DNA of 64,000 bases from Vulcanimicrobiota bacterium (GCA_963795855.1 CAWCIZ010000003.1:800001-864000), one strand, 5' to 3'. Positions 50,791 through 61,720 are shown, counted from the stretch's first letter. Program-made: numbers and translations. The notes: a model not told the origin generated them from the letters alone.

Positions 50791-51825
50791 TCATTCTGTG
50801 TCGTCGTTGCGCATACGCGCTTTTCGCGCCAATGTAGATTCCTTACGGTTAATTTCTTTAAAGCGTGGAGTGAGATTTTCCGGATACTCAAAGTCGGCGG
50901 TAGGATTTCCCGTATATCGTTCGCGTTCTTCCGGCGTGTAGGATGGATAAACGCTGTAGCGCTGCAAATTGATATGTTCTTCCAAGAGAAACCGACCCTC
51001 TATTGCAAAGAACATCGGATCAATCTCAGCGCGCACAACGTCCGCCAGCCAGTTTGCGGCCCGGGTAGCCTCGTGAATGCGCTGATAACAATCATTCTGC
51101 CAATACTCATACAGCGATCTAAGTTCTTCTCGTGTAGTCTTGAATTGAAGAAACCGCTCGCCGCGGTAAAACTGATCGCCGCGATAGAAATCGTCGCGGA
51201 CGCAAATCGAGTTGAGCCATGAAGCGCAGTGCCGCTCCTGCGAGCGTCATGGAAAACCGGCGTAGCGCCGCCTCAAGCTGAGGGCGTCTCCCGAAGAACA
51301 CGGCAGCTTGGACACGATCGCGAAACTCGATCACGTCATTTACGATATCAGTGTACCAGCCGGCGTCGCCTGTAATGCGTAGGATGTCCAATCTCGCCAC
51401 ATTGATAAGCGGCACTTAATGACCGCCTCGTCGATTAGCGTGGAATATACCAGATCGCTTGTGTCGCCAACTCGATCAATTTGATCTATCGTCAGGTGTT
51501 CGTTTACCCACAGTTCATGCGCTGTTTTTATGGCATGGAGCCTTTCGATTGGGTAATCTGCTCGCAGGACTGGATCGTCTATGATTCCATGATCGTGGCG
51601 GCAAAGTAGGATAAGGTTGCTGTAATCATCGCGCTCGACGGGCGTCAATGGGCTGTCGCCACGTGGTCCGTCCGGGCTATCCGCGACGATATGAGCCTCG
51701 TGTCCTACATTTGCAGCGTCGCCGCCCACGGAATCCATTGTTAGCCGACGACGGCAGTTTTCGAATGAACATCGGCCAGCGGCGCGACCCCATAACAATC
51801 GACGTGAGCGTTCTGTTACAGCCAT
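50791..51825 (-). CDS. HNH endonuclease with unknown C-terminal domain (frameshifted across three ORFs)
   Basis: LWGRAAGRCSFENC...EAHIVADSPDGPRG...NLILLCRHDHGIID. Confidence 0.8.
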
Positions 51826-51849
51826 TGCGAACTCGGGCTCTGCGCGTTT

Positions 51850-52999
51850 TTAAGCTTGCGCCGGACGAAGCTTCACGGTGACGTCGCGGCCGAGCTCGAC
51901 GACGAAATTCGTCAGCCGCAATTCCGGATAAACGCGCGATATCGGCCGGCGACAGCGCCAATTCTTCAACTAACTCATCAAGTCGGCCGGGCGAACTTTC
52001 GCGAAGGGCAGCGATCGCATTGGCGAGTACGCGCGGATGCTCAAAGGGTACCTGATCTTCAAAAGGCTCGCGCTCCCGCCAACCACGTCGGTTGCGGTTA
52101 ATCCATAACCGCTTCGCCTGGTCTTGGGGAACCATTCCCAAGCGCTCACTGCGTCGAAGCATCGCGGCGACCGAAGCCTTCCACTGCGGTTTTAGCATCA
52201 ATAGCGCATCGAGCGACACGAGTGGTACTGATCGTCGGAAGGTTAGCTCAGGCATCAAGAAAGCACTACCAAAGTCAAAAGCCTGCTGTTCAATGATTTT
52301 GTGGGTTTCAGGATTTGCTTCTACGAAGCGCTTATCCACCGCGCGGTGCAGAACTAAATGTCCAATCTCATGCGCAACGTCAAGCCGCTGATGGCTCGGG
52401 CTTACATCGCGACAATTGATAACGATGAACGGTCGACCAGAGCCAGACCACTGGGAAAAGCCGTCTATCGTATCGCAGCGTACGAGTTGCGTGATCACAA
52501 CGATTCCATGGCTTTCGGCTAGACGAACTACATCAGAAATAACGCCGTCCCCCAAGCCCCAGTGCCGCCTAAGCGCAGTAGCAGCCTGCTCAATCTGGGT
52601 GGGCTGTATCTCGCGAGGATCACTAGGCGGGTGAAAATCGGGGATGTTTATCTCCGGCATGATCACGTGTACGTCGAGCACATCGACGAGATGTTGTGCC
52701 CACGCCATCTGCCTTACTGCGGCTAGACGATGTTTTGGTCGTGTCTTCGAGCGGAAATCGCGAAAGAACAGGGGACGAAGCGCTGGTTGTATTCCTGGAC
52801 GCATGAAGAATGCCAACGGCAACTCAAGCGCGGTCGCAATACGTGCGGCGGTCTCCGGTCCCGGATGAGCCTTGCCAGTCTCGTATTTGTGCAGTAGTTG
52901 TTTCGAAGTGCCGACAATCGACGCCAGGTCCTCTAGCGACATTGCGCGCGCTTCGCGAGCCTCCGCAATGCGCGCGAAGGATGCGCTGGCATTTTTCAT
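51850..52999 (-). CDS. XRE HTH + ImmA/IrrE zinc metallopeptidase
   Basis: HTH (LEDLASIVGTSKQLLHKYETG), HEIGH, EQQAFDFGSAFLMP; stop inferred after a frameshift near 51905. Confidence 0.88.
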
Positions 53000-53602
53000 G
53001 CGCTGGTGTGTACGTCGTTTGGAGCAGTACGCTTCTTTTTGTCGAGGCTGCACGTCGCGTTTATCCGCGACGATTTCAACGGGCACCGGTTCACGGAGCG
53101 TGGTCATAAGATCCACAAATCCCTCGGCGTAATCACCATGGCCATCGGGAAAGCGAATGTCGATGTACTGCGGCTCTTCAATGGCGCCTGGATCGAATAC
53201 AATCTGGATTTCTGCAACAACCTTTGCGAAATTAAATGCGAGCTGTCTTCCGTGTTCGTACATGCGGAACAGCGTAGGCGCAGGAACCTGGCTGCGCGCC
53301 TCCAGCCTTGCGAGTCGTGAGCCGTACGCCGGAGTCTCCAGTGACGTATAATACGTCGAGCCGTGAGGATGTCGTTCTGACTGCATGGTAACGCCGTCAA
53401 GCGTTAAATCGAGCAACGCGTTTTGAATGTCGTGGTAGCGGTCCTGGCCCAACACAGGCCCGATGTGGTAGTCCGGGCGGTAACGGGCCTTTACGTGCGC
53501 GGCGGTGCTACGGCACGCTGCGATTATTGCGGTCGCGATTGCAGCCTGGTGGGTCTTGGGGAACTGCGCTTCAAACAGCGCGAGCATCTCTTCCTGGGGC
53601 AT
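52996..53602 (-). CDS. Hypothetical protein coupled to the ImmA/IrrE gene (candidate toxin)
   Basis: About 200 aa; a one-base change in the A-run near 53040 gives a TGA overlapping the next ATG. Confidence 0.55.
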
Positions 53603-53737
53603 GCGCCCTCCTCAAAAACGTCAACCCGTGTCTTTTAACGCACTTTTTTGCAAAAATCGTCAACTGTCCTGCTGGTTTAGTCGCTATTTGTCTACGTCGC
53701 TTCGCCTCGTTGGGCCCCGGCAGTGGAATGGGGGGCC

Positions 53738-54658
53738 TTAGTTGGCATCGTCGCCTCCCGGCGCGCCGAGGCTGCCGAACGAGACGGACGCACGAGCCAA
53801 ATACGAATACAGAGCGACACAGAGGTTGACGGCGAAGGTCGCGTCATCGCGTTCAGAGACGTCGAATCCTTGATGAACCGGATGCGACATCCACCCGTTG
53901 GCTGTGCGGATTAATTGCCCTAATAAGGCAAACGGATCCGAAGCGCGCCGCCTTTCGCGTAGTTGTCCCGCGATTCGATCGATGTAGGGAGCAAAATACT
54001 CACCTTCGTTACGTTTCTCGCCCAGCGCGCCGCCGACGGCTTCGGTTATTCGCTCAAGCGCTGTACGAGCAGTCGCGACCGCTTCACCGTAGCGACCGTC
54101 GGAAAGGAATCGCGAAGCAGCCTCTATCAGCTCGGACGCATGGGCCCAGTTTCGACCTGCAGCGGGAGGCGGCGCTGGCAGTTCGATAATTCGAACCGCC
54201 GCGCTACCAATCGCGCCCAATGCGCGCGTCCACACATCGCGCGGCACCTGCAGTGGCGGAATAAAGTTTGTAGTGTAGCGTCCTAGATTGCCATCACCGG
54301 CCGGTGTTCCGATCGCGCGCAAATCGACGTTGAAATGCGGTTCTTTGCCCGCACGAACGCGTTCGATTCCGGCCACTTGATGATCTGATAGCGGAACGAT
54401 CAGTTCCGCCGTGCCTCTTGCCACAGATTGAACCGGAATCGCGATCCCGCCGCCTTCACTGGACCATTTCAACATGCCCTCAAATAACAGCGGATAATGC
54501 TTCGACTCGTGCACAATCTGCACGCCGATGTGTAACATCGGCCCAAAGGCGCTACGAGAGCCGCGCACACGCGCGGGGTCCATTTCAATAATGACAAGCG
54601 GAGCGCCAGGGCGATGCTCGTTGGAAAGTCTCGATTCGCATTGAGGTGTCCAAACCAA
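53738..54658 (-). CDS. Hypothetical protein with HEPN-like helical C-terminal domain
   Basis: Beta-rich N-domain; YGEAVATARTALE...SHPVH. Confidence 0.45.
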   Translation of the reverse strand: MVWTPQCESRLSNEHRPGAPLVIIEMDPARVRGSRSAFGPMLHIGVQIVHESKHYPLLFEGMLKWSSEGGGIAIPVQSVARGTAELIVPLSDHQVAGIERVRAGKEPHFNVDLRAIGTPAGDGNLGRYTTNFIPPLQVPRDVWTRALGAIGSAAVRIIELPAPPPAAGRNWAHASELIEAASRFLSDGRYGEAVATARTALERITEAVGGALGEKRNEGEYFAPYIDRIAGQLRERRRASDPFALLGQLIRTANGWMSHPVHQGFDVSERDDATFAVNLCVALYSYLARASVSFGSLGAPGGDDAN

Positions 54659-55145
54659 AGAGAGGGCCCGTAGGTGGGCCCTCGCGAGTTATTTATTTTT
54701 TAAGGCATCGGATAAGGTATCAAAACCTTCGCGTTTCAGATAATTGCCCAGCTTCATGTCGTTGCGCGCGCCGGGGGCGAAGATCAGGGTAATCCTTACG
54801 CAAGGTGCCTATTAGCGTATCACTGCGTTTGCGATGAATTTCGCCGTTGACGTCGCGATGGCGATCGATCGAGACCCGGCTGTTGCCGTTTCCCCATGGG
54901 GCGTTCTCCTTTGCCGCTGTGCGGCCGAAGGAGGCGGGCGAAATCGGGAGAACGCGAGGCCCTGGATGACTAGGGATCGCGGCCGTTTCGGACGGCCCGC
55001 CTCTGGTGATAAAGCGACGGCGTTAGGGCGCCGTCGCTTCCTTACTTTCGGGATAGTTTTCCACAGCCCTAGCGGGGAACATACGTTCGGACACAAAATC
55101 TTGTGGTGTTAGGTGGGGATAGGCTGTGAATAGGGGCGAACGAAC

Positions 55146-56215
55146 GTGAGCATGAGCGGGCGTGATGGTCTGTACCTTGCGGACCTCTTTGCGGGAGCCG
55201 GTGGGATTACTGAGGGCTTTCGCCGGGCCGGGTTCACTCCGGTGGCCGCGGTTGAGTTTGACCGCTGGGCGGCACAAACGTACGCGGCGAACTTCGGCGA
55301 CCACGTGCTCGCGTGCCCGATCGAAGACGTCGTTGTCGATCATCGCGACGGTATGCTCACATGGAGCGGCCGAAACGTCGCCGGCGAACCATTAAGTTTT
55401 GAAACGCCCGAAATTGACGTGCTGGTCGGTGGGCCGCCCTGTCAAGGTTTTTCTCCGCTCGGGCGCATGAACGATTGGGATTACGATGATCCCCGGAACA
55501 AACTCTGGAAGCACTACGTACGAATACTCGATACCCTCCAACCCAAGGTCTTCGTGATCGAGAATGTGCCCGAAATACTGAAGTCGGCGGAGTTTGATCG
55601 GCTTCGTAAACACGTAAAACGTCTTGGGCACGGATACGATCTCGCTTACGGCGTGCTCAATGCCGCCTTTTTCGGCGTGCCACAAACCCGCAAGCGCGCA
55701 ATCATCATTGGCAGTCGTATCGGCGCGCCCACTCTACCGCCCGAAATGTCGAGCGCATGACAGTGCGGGACGCTATCAGCGATCTACCGCTCAAAACCCA
55801 ACGGCGAAAATTGGCATATTGGCCGCAACCCACTTCCCATGTCGGTCGAACGATATAAATGCGTACCGGAAGGCGGCAATCGCTTCGATCTGATGGAAAA
55901 GCGCCCCGATCTTACGCCGAATTGTTGGAAAAAGAAAAAGACTGGTAGCACGGATGTATTCGGACGCATGAGGTGGGACGAGCCGGCACCTACCATCCGC
56001 ACGGAATTCTTTAAGCCCGAAAAGGGCCGATACTTACACCCACAAGCTCACCGCCCGATCACGATTCGAGAAGCGGCGCGCCTTCAGACCTTTCCCGACG
56101 AGTTTATCTTCGCCGGGTCCAACGTGCAGGTCGCAAAGCAGATAGGAAATGCCGTCCCCGTAAAACTTGCCACCGCGATTGCGCGTCACGTGCAATCATT
56201 GCTTGGTCGCCGTGT
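55146..56215 (+). CDS. DNA (cytosine-5) methyltransferase (frameshifts; end approximate)
   Basis: DLFAGAGG, GGPPCQGFS, ENV, GVPQTRKR, REAARLQTFPD, QIGNAVP. Confidence 0.95.
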
Positions 56216-56833
56216 CAAGAAACAAAAGAGAAACATCAAGCAAACAGCAGCAGCGCCTAAACCGCGCATAAGCGATCGAGTACGCCTGCTCGATTTTCTG
56301 ATGGCGCATCCCGACCAAATTTTTGACAACGAGTCATTGCGAAGGATGCTTGGGGAAGGAACGAACAGACAGTTGGACTCGTCGGCTTCGCTCGCTTCGA
56401 GAGGCGCAGTATGGTGGCTATACGGTTCTCAGTCACCTTGATCGCAAGGAACTTAAGCCAGGTCAATACATTTTCCCAAAACAACCGCGACGCGAAGCAA
56501 AGAAGGGACCGCGCATATCGGGGAGGGTGCGCGGTGAGGTGCTGCACCGTGACGCGTATACGTGCCAGGCTTGCGGCCTTGCTCGTGGCGAGCGTTACGA
56601 CGACGGCCGCGCGGTCAAGTCTACATGTAGCACACAATCAGGCGCATTCTCAGGGCGGAAAGCCAACCGTGGAGAATTGCTTTACATTGTGTTCGAGATG
56701 CAATGAAGCGGAATCCGATATCGGTCCGGATCGACCTGTCCTTTCAAAAACCATGGCTCAGGTGCGCCGACTTCCACGCCACGAGCAGCAACAGATCTTC
56801 AGTTTTCTACTCTCCGTGTTCAAAGATGAATAA
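56210..56833 (+). CDS. wHTH-HNH endonuclease (frameshifted; start approximate)
   Basis: WTRRLRSLR, RDAYTCQACG...LHVAH...GG...NCFTLCSRCN. Confidence 0.75.
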
Positions 56834-57220
56834 ATCTGAACAGATGGCGCGAGTTCGTTCTCGGGATACGCAGCCTGAGCTGCTCTGTGCGCCAACTTCT
56901 ATCGTCGCAGCATGTGCGCTACCGTCTGCATCGTCGGGATTTGCCGGGGCGACCGGATGTGTACATAGGACGTCTTCGCTTGGCGCTTTTTGTTAACGGG
57001 TGCTATTGGCACGGGCACGACTGCCGTCGAGGCGGTCGTCCAAAGACCAATGCCGACTTCTGGAACACGAAGATTGAACGCAACAAAGTTCGAGATGCTT
57101 CGGCGCGGTCGGCATTGTCGAGCATGGGTGTAGAGAGTTTGACGCTATGGACGTGCGAGATGAAGCTTTCCTTTCGTCTGTCACGCGATCGCGAAACGAT
57201 ATCGGAAAGCGGTAAGGTGA
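56826..57220 (+). CDS. vsr: Very short patch repair endonuclease (frameshifted)
   Basis: MARVRSRDTQPEL, LPGRPD, FVNGCYWHGH, FWNTKIERNKVRD. Confidence 0.92.
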
Positions 57221-58115
57221 ACGAATTTCTTCCAAGGCTTTCGTCAGCTCGGGAGTCGTTTCTAGCAAAAATAAAGGCTGAAATACTTTGGATAAAGCCA
57301 CTCGATAAGGTAAAAGAGCGGATTAGTAAGAACCTTCCTTCCCAGGTCCTCGGTGCGGTGAGCATTGCCGATGTCGACAACGCATCATCGATTCGCATAG
57401 CGTGGGAATGGGCGTCCCGCTTGGCGGGCAACTTTGCAGCGGAAGAACCGCGGCAAGATTCGGGAAGCTCTTCCAGTTCGCGGTTCGAGATTTTTTGCAA
57501 GAAGGCTTTCACCTAGGCAGCGACCTTAGGCCCGGCGATTGGCAATGGAAAACGGAGTATCCGGTTTCGCACTTTGATCAGTATGCTCACTTGGACGATA
57601 TTCGTGAAGCACTTGAACGCGATAAGGAATTGCGAACGATATTCTCCGAGCAGTACCTTGTCGTTCCCGACATTGTTGTATATCGCAGTGCGGTCTCCGC
57701 TAAATCAGTAGGGCGGAGCCCGGACTACGATAAGATCGCGGCGCTTTCTCCATTGCTTGATGACGCTCAACTGTCGCGTAGTCATCCGCTGCTTCACGCC
57801 AGCGTGTCGTGCAAGATAACGATGCGATCAGATCGTGCGCAAAATAGTCGAACCGAAGCCTTAAATTTGATTCGCAATCGCAAAGGGCGTGTCCCGGCAA
57901 TCGTGGCGGTGACCGCAGAACCGCTACCGACTCGCCTCGCTTCCCTTGCGCTTGGCACCGGCGACGTTGATTTCGTGTATCATGCCGGGCTACCTGAATT
58001 GCGGGAAGCTCTTGCAGTCGTCGGCAATGAAGATCAGCTCGATATGCTGAACACATTAGTTGAAGGTCGTCGCATCCGCGATGTCGCTGATCTCGTGCTT
58101 GATCTTCTCATTTGA
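57217..58115 (+). CDS. NgoMIV-family type II restriction endonuclease (frameshift near 57440)
   Basis: VPDIVV, HASVSCKITMRSDRAQNSRTEALNLIRNRKGR, TAEPLPTRLASLALGTGDVD. Confidence 0.88.
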
Positions 58116-58127
58116 GACAGGGGGAAT

Positions 58128-60203
58128 ATGGCGGGCGATAAAACACCTAAGGATAGCGGCACCGGTGGTCAACCCTTAAACGAGCTACAACAACGCGAGG
58201 CTGGCGGTGACAGTCCGGGAGCCCATCTCGATTTTCACGGGCGCATCATAGAACATCTCGGCCTACAGATGTACCAAAGCCCGACGGCCGCTATCGCAGA
58301 ACTTGTTTCGAACGCGTGGGACGCCATTCTACAAAGGTACAAATCACGCTACCCGACACGCTCGGCGACGATGCCACGATCGTGATCAAAGATTTCGGGA
58401 ACGGAATGACGCTTCAGGAGATAAGAGAGCACTACCTCAAGGTAGGCCTTAAATCGACGCGGATCCAATCCTGACGAACGCAGCCCGCTGCTTGGTCGCG
58501 CAATACTTGGAAGAAAAGGCATTGGAAAATTTGCAGGCTTCGGCATTGCGCGCAAAATCATAGTCGACACGATTAGTCGGAATACGGGTGAGCACACGAA
58601 ATTCGAGCTCTGATTATGATCGAATTCGCGGCGCAGGCGATGAATACGTCAATATCGCTCCCCTTGAGATACCCGGAGCTGAATACGAAGGGCCCGACCA
58701 ATCCCGTAAAGAGCAACACGGTACTACGATTACTCTTGCGGATTTCAGCATCTCCCGACGACCTCCCGGAGACCAGATGCGTAACAGCATGTCGCGGCGC
58801 TTTAGCTTCGGCGCGACCATTTCTGATTTCGAAATATTTATAGACGACGTGCCGTACTTGCGGATATCGATTCTGACGGCGTTCAGTTTAGCTTTCCACG
58901 GGACTACGAAGAATCTGAGCGCCCCTCAACTTTGGTTCGCATCGACGGCGAATGGGGTGTGGAAAGACTCTCCGATGGCAACGATATTAAATGGCGTTAC
59001 CGGTTTTACACCGACACAATAAGCGAAAAGGAGCTCGCCGGCGTTGCTGTCTTTACGTCCGGTAAGGTTGCACAGATGCCGTTCCTTTTCAATCTTGCCG
59101 GTGGCCTAGGCGGTCAGCACGGAGTCGCCTACATGGCGGGAAGAGTGGAGGCGGACTTTCTAGACCATCTTCCGCGGGACATCATTGCGCCCGAGCGTCA
59201 ACGAATCGATTGGGAGGCGCAGGAGGCTTCCGTACTGCTCGAATGGGGACAAAGCCGAACCAAAGAACTGTTGCGTATTTGGCATGATCGACGCGGTGAA
59301 AGGCGTCGTCAGCGTTTAGCATCACGAATGGCAACAATAGAGAGCGAGCTCGCGTCAATGCAAGGACGTGAGCGTCAGCCAATCGACAACATTGTGAATA
59401 ACCTCGCGCGCATGGAGAGCATAACGGATGCGCAATTCCTTGACACGGCGCGCTCGCTGGTTGTCGCTTGGAAAGCAGGTCGTCTCAAGGATTTGATCGA
59501 GAAAATAGGCGATGCTGAAGCACTTGACGAGGCTCAAATGCTTCAGATACTCTTGGAGGCAAACGTCTTAACTGATCTCCAAATGGCAGAGGTCGTCCGT
59601 ACCAAGATAAACATTGTTCGCGAGTGGCGCAGGCGAGTGGAGCGGCGCGACGTCGAAACTTCTCTTCGCGACTATATTGCTGAACATCCCTTTTTGATAT
59701 CGCCGCGCTGGAACACGTTTGCCATTGAACGACGCGTAAATACGATAATATCGGATGCCGCCGCAGAATCTGGAATAGAGACAGACCCGGCGTACCGGGG
59801 CAGAATCGACCTCATTATGTCAAGTAATGACACGCTGCTCGTGATCGAGTTCATGCGCCCAGGTGTGACACTCGATCGCGATCACGTCCAGCGCTTTCAA
59901 ACGTATATTGCGGAAATTAAACCCGCATTGGCTTCGAACAATCTACTTCCGCTCAAGAATGTTATTGGCTATCTCGTGGCCGACAACACAAATCGACGAC
60001 CGGCAGTAACACAATTAATTGCCGATATGTTGAAGAACGAGCAATACGTCGTTACATGGAAGACGCTGTTAGATATGGCGGAAGCGGAATGGTATGATCA
60101 GATGGAGATATTAAAGGACCGGTCAGGTGATGAAACGCGTATTCAAGACATTGCAAGGGATATAGAAAGACCTACATTGCCAAATGGTCTTGACGACGTA
60201 TAG
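58128..60203 (+). CDS. GHKL (MORC/HATPase_c-type) ATPase with C-terminal PD-(D/E)xK-like nuclease (frameshifts)
   Basis: AELVSNAWDA, DFGNGM, GRKGIGKFAG, HGTTI; C-terminal RIDL...VIEFMRP. Confidence 0.82.
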
Positions 60204-60213
60204 TTAGAACGTT

Positions 60214-60399
60214 TTAATCGGCACGTCGGCTGGATAGCGCGTCCCGGGCAGCACGCTCCGCTGCTATGCGAACGAATTCGGAGATGCCCAGCTTGGCGGC
60301 CGACGCTCCACGTACGATCAGGTCCTTTTGCTCTGCTGAAACCTTTATCTCAATGCGATGCCGAGTCGTCGCGGAAGGGCTAGGTTCGCTGCGTTCCAT
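60214..60399 (-). CDS. DUF1778/TacA-like ribbon-helix-helix protein (orphan)
   Basis: RIEIKVSAEQKDLIVRGA...ISEFVRIAAERAARDAL. Confidence 0.7.
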   Translation of the reverse strand: MERSEPSPSATTRHRIEIKVSAEQKDLIVRGASAAKLGISEFVRIAAERAARDALSSRRAD

Positions 60400-60692
60400 G
60401 CGCGTTCGTTCATCGCGCAATGTGTTCGCCCTGCGGCATGGGCGCGCCCAAGAACATGAGCCGTCTACAGTTTCTATACGGAGACTTTTTGGCGCCGGTG
60501 GACTGACGACCGGCGTTGTACGGGCCGGTGAATCGCTCAGACTCACCGCTTCTCATTACGAAATTAAATCACGACGAGCTTCGGGAACGGCGCGCGCGGT
60601 GCCGTAATGGGATACGGCCAGTCGCGTAAGTTCGCATTATCATCGAACGCGTTATCCAAATGCACGAAGCCGCCTTTCAAATCGGCTACGCC

Positions 60693-60720
60693 AAATGATA
60701 TAGTTTGTATTTTATATAAT
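60693..60720 (-). repeat. Right terminal inverted repeat
   Basis: Reverse complement reads ATTATATAAAATACAAACTATATCATTT. Confidence 0.8.
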
Positions 60721-60724
60721 TGGC

Positions 60725-61233
60725 CAGGCATTGATTTGCTACTACCCCGTCGATTTTTCGATTGGCATCCTCCGGATGCGCCTGCGCGTGCAACTTTACG
60801 CCGTCCGCAATAGCCTGCGCGATCTTCGGCATGGGCATGATCTGGTGCGCGCTGTCCGCTTCCAGACCGCCGCCGTCGCCGGCCCCGTGATCGGTGAGTT
60901 CGATCCAGGTTTGCTGTGCGCCGGAGTCTCAGCGTTGTCGAGCACGTGCGCCACGAACTTGGCGAGATTCTTTTCGGACGCCATGTCGTGCGGCGCATCG
61001 ATCGACGCCTGGCCGATTCCCCCGTCCGCTACGCTGAAGCTGTCCGTGCGCAGCACGCCGGTTCCCACCGACGTCGTGTCTTCGACGGTGTACTCGACGC
61101 GCGAATCCTTCGCGCTGGTTTGCAACGCTTGGCGAAGCGTGACGCCTTGCGATTCGTCCAAATTGTTGTCGCCGTCGCGATAGATGCCGAATTCGACGCT
61201 TCGCTGCGCCGGCCGGCGAACTGATTCAACCAC
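60725..61233 (-). pseudogene. 5' half of the interrupted clostripain-like peptidase gene (frameshift near 60928)
   Basis: YRDGDNNL; then TWIELTDHGAGDGGG (candidate catalytic His) ... IDGVVANQCL (candidate catalytic Cys) ending at the element boundary. Confidence 0.78.
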
Positions 61234-61369
61234 AGTACGAGCCCCTTACAGATGTGTGTGTCGTACGGGGCTTTCACGACGAGGCTAAAACTTGAAATAA
61301 ATGAACTGCGTCGTGGGCGGCTGATACCGGAAAAACTGAAAAACGAACAGCAGCGCCGCGAGCGCGGCG

Positions 61370-61720
61370 CTCTGCACGGACAACGAAAAATACACTTCGG
61401 CACGCACGATCGGGCCGGCCAGCAGTTGCGGAAAAACGCCAGGTAGAGCGCATCCATGGGTCCGCGCGCATGCCGGGGAGCATTGCTATGGTCGACGTGG
61501 CGAAATTCGTGTATTTGAGCCTTCCCAAGAAGGCGAGGTTCGCGGCGACGCCGAGCGACAAAAACAAGCGGCGGCGCCGATCGCCCGCTCGAGCGGCAAC
61601 GCAAATGCATAATCGCTCACGGTGAGCGCAAGCAGGAAAAGAAGGTACCATCTGTTCCAACTCGCGTAGAAGACGTAGCCGGCGACGAGCAGCACCGAGA
61701 TGGTCGCGATCCGCGAACAG
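61370..61720 (-). pseudogene. MBOAT (AlgI/DltB-like) O-acyltransferase remnant
   Basis: LLVAGYVFYASWN...LTVSDY, ANLAFL..LKYTNF and LAFF(P)QLLAGPIVR across frames; most of the gene is deleted. Confidence 0.7.

Larger units (their letters stand above)
40147..60724 (+). mobile_element. About 20.6-kb three-tyrosine-recombinase genomic island (GInt ginABCD-like) with defence cargo
   Basis: Terminal inverted repeats, split host gene, visibly lower GC, operon of three recombinases plus a small HTH gene at the left end. Confidence 0.85.

Noticed and set aside
51677..53602. 641-aa fusion of an unknown domain with XRE-ImmA
   Set aside because: A one-base change in an A-run yields a stop overlapping the ATG at 52999 (ATGA), so two genes are more likely.
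55839..57516. MTase-HNH and Vsr-REase fusions suggested by the ORF track
   Set aside because: The junctions coincide with frameshift-rich segments and with plausible internal starts (near 56210 and at 57217).
14071..60203. Many frameshifted genes (marR, fliF, protease, flhB, secF, recombinases, MTase, vsr, REase, GHKL) read as pseudogenes or programmed frameshifts
   Set aside because: Single-base shifts hit housekeeping and accessory genes alike, often in homopolymers, with motifs intact and no consistent slippery motif. Sequencing indels are the simplest explanation. The density is higher in the island, so some decay there cannot be excluded without reads.
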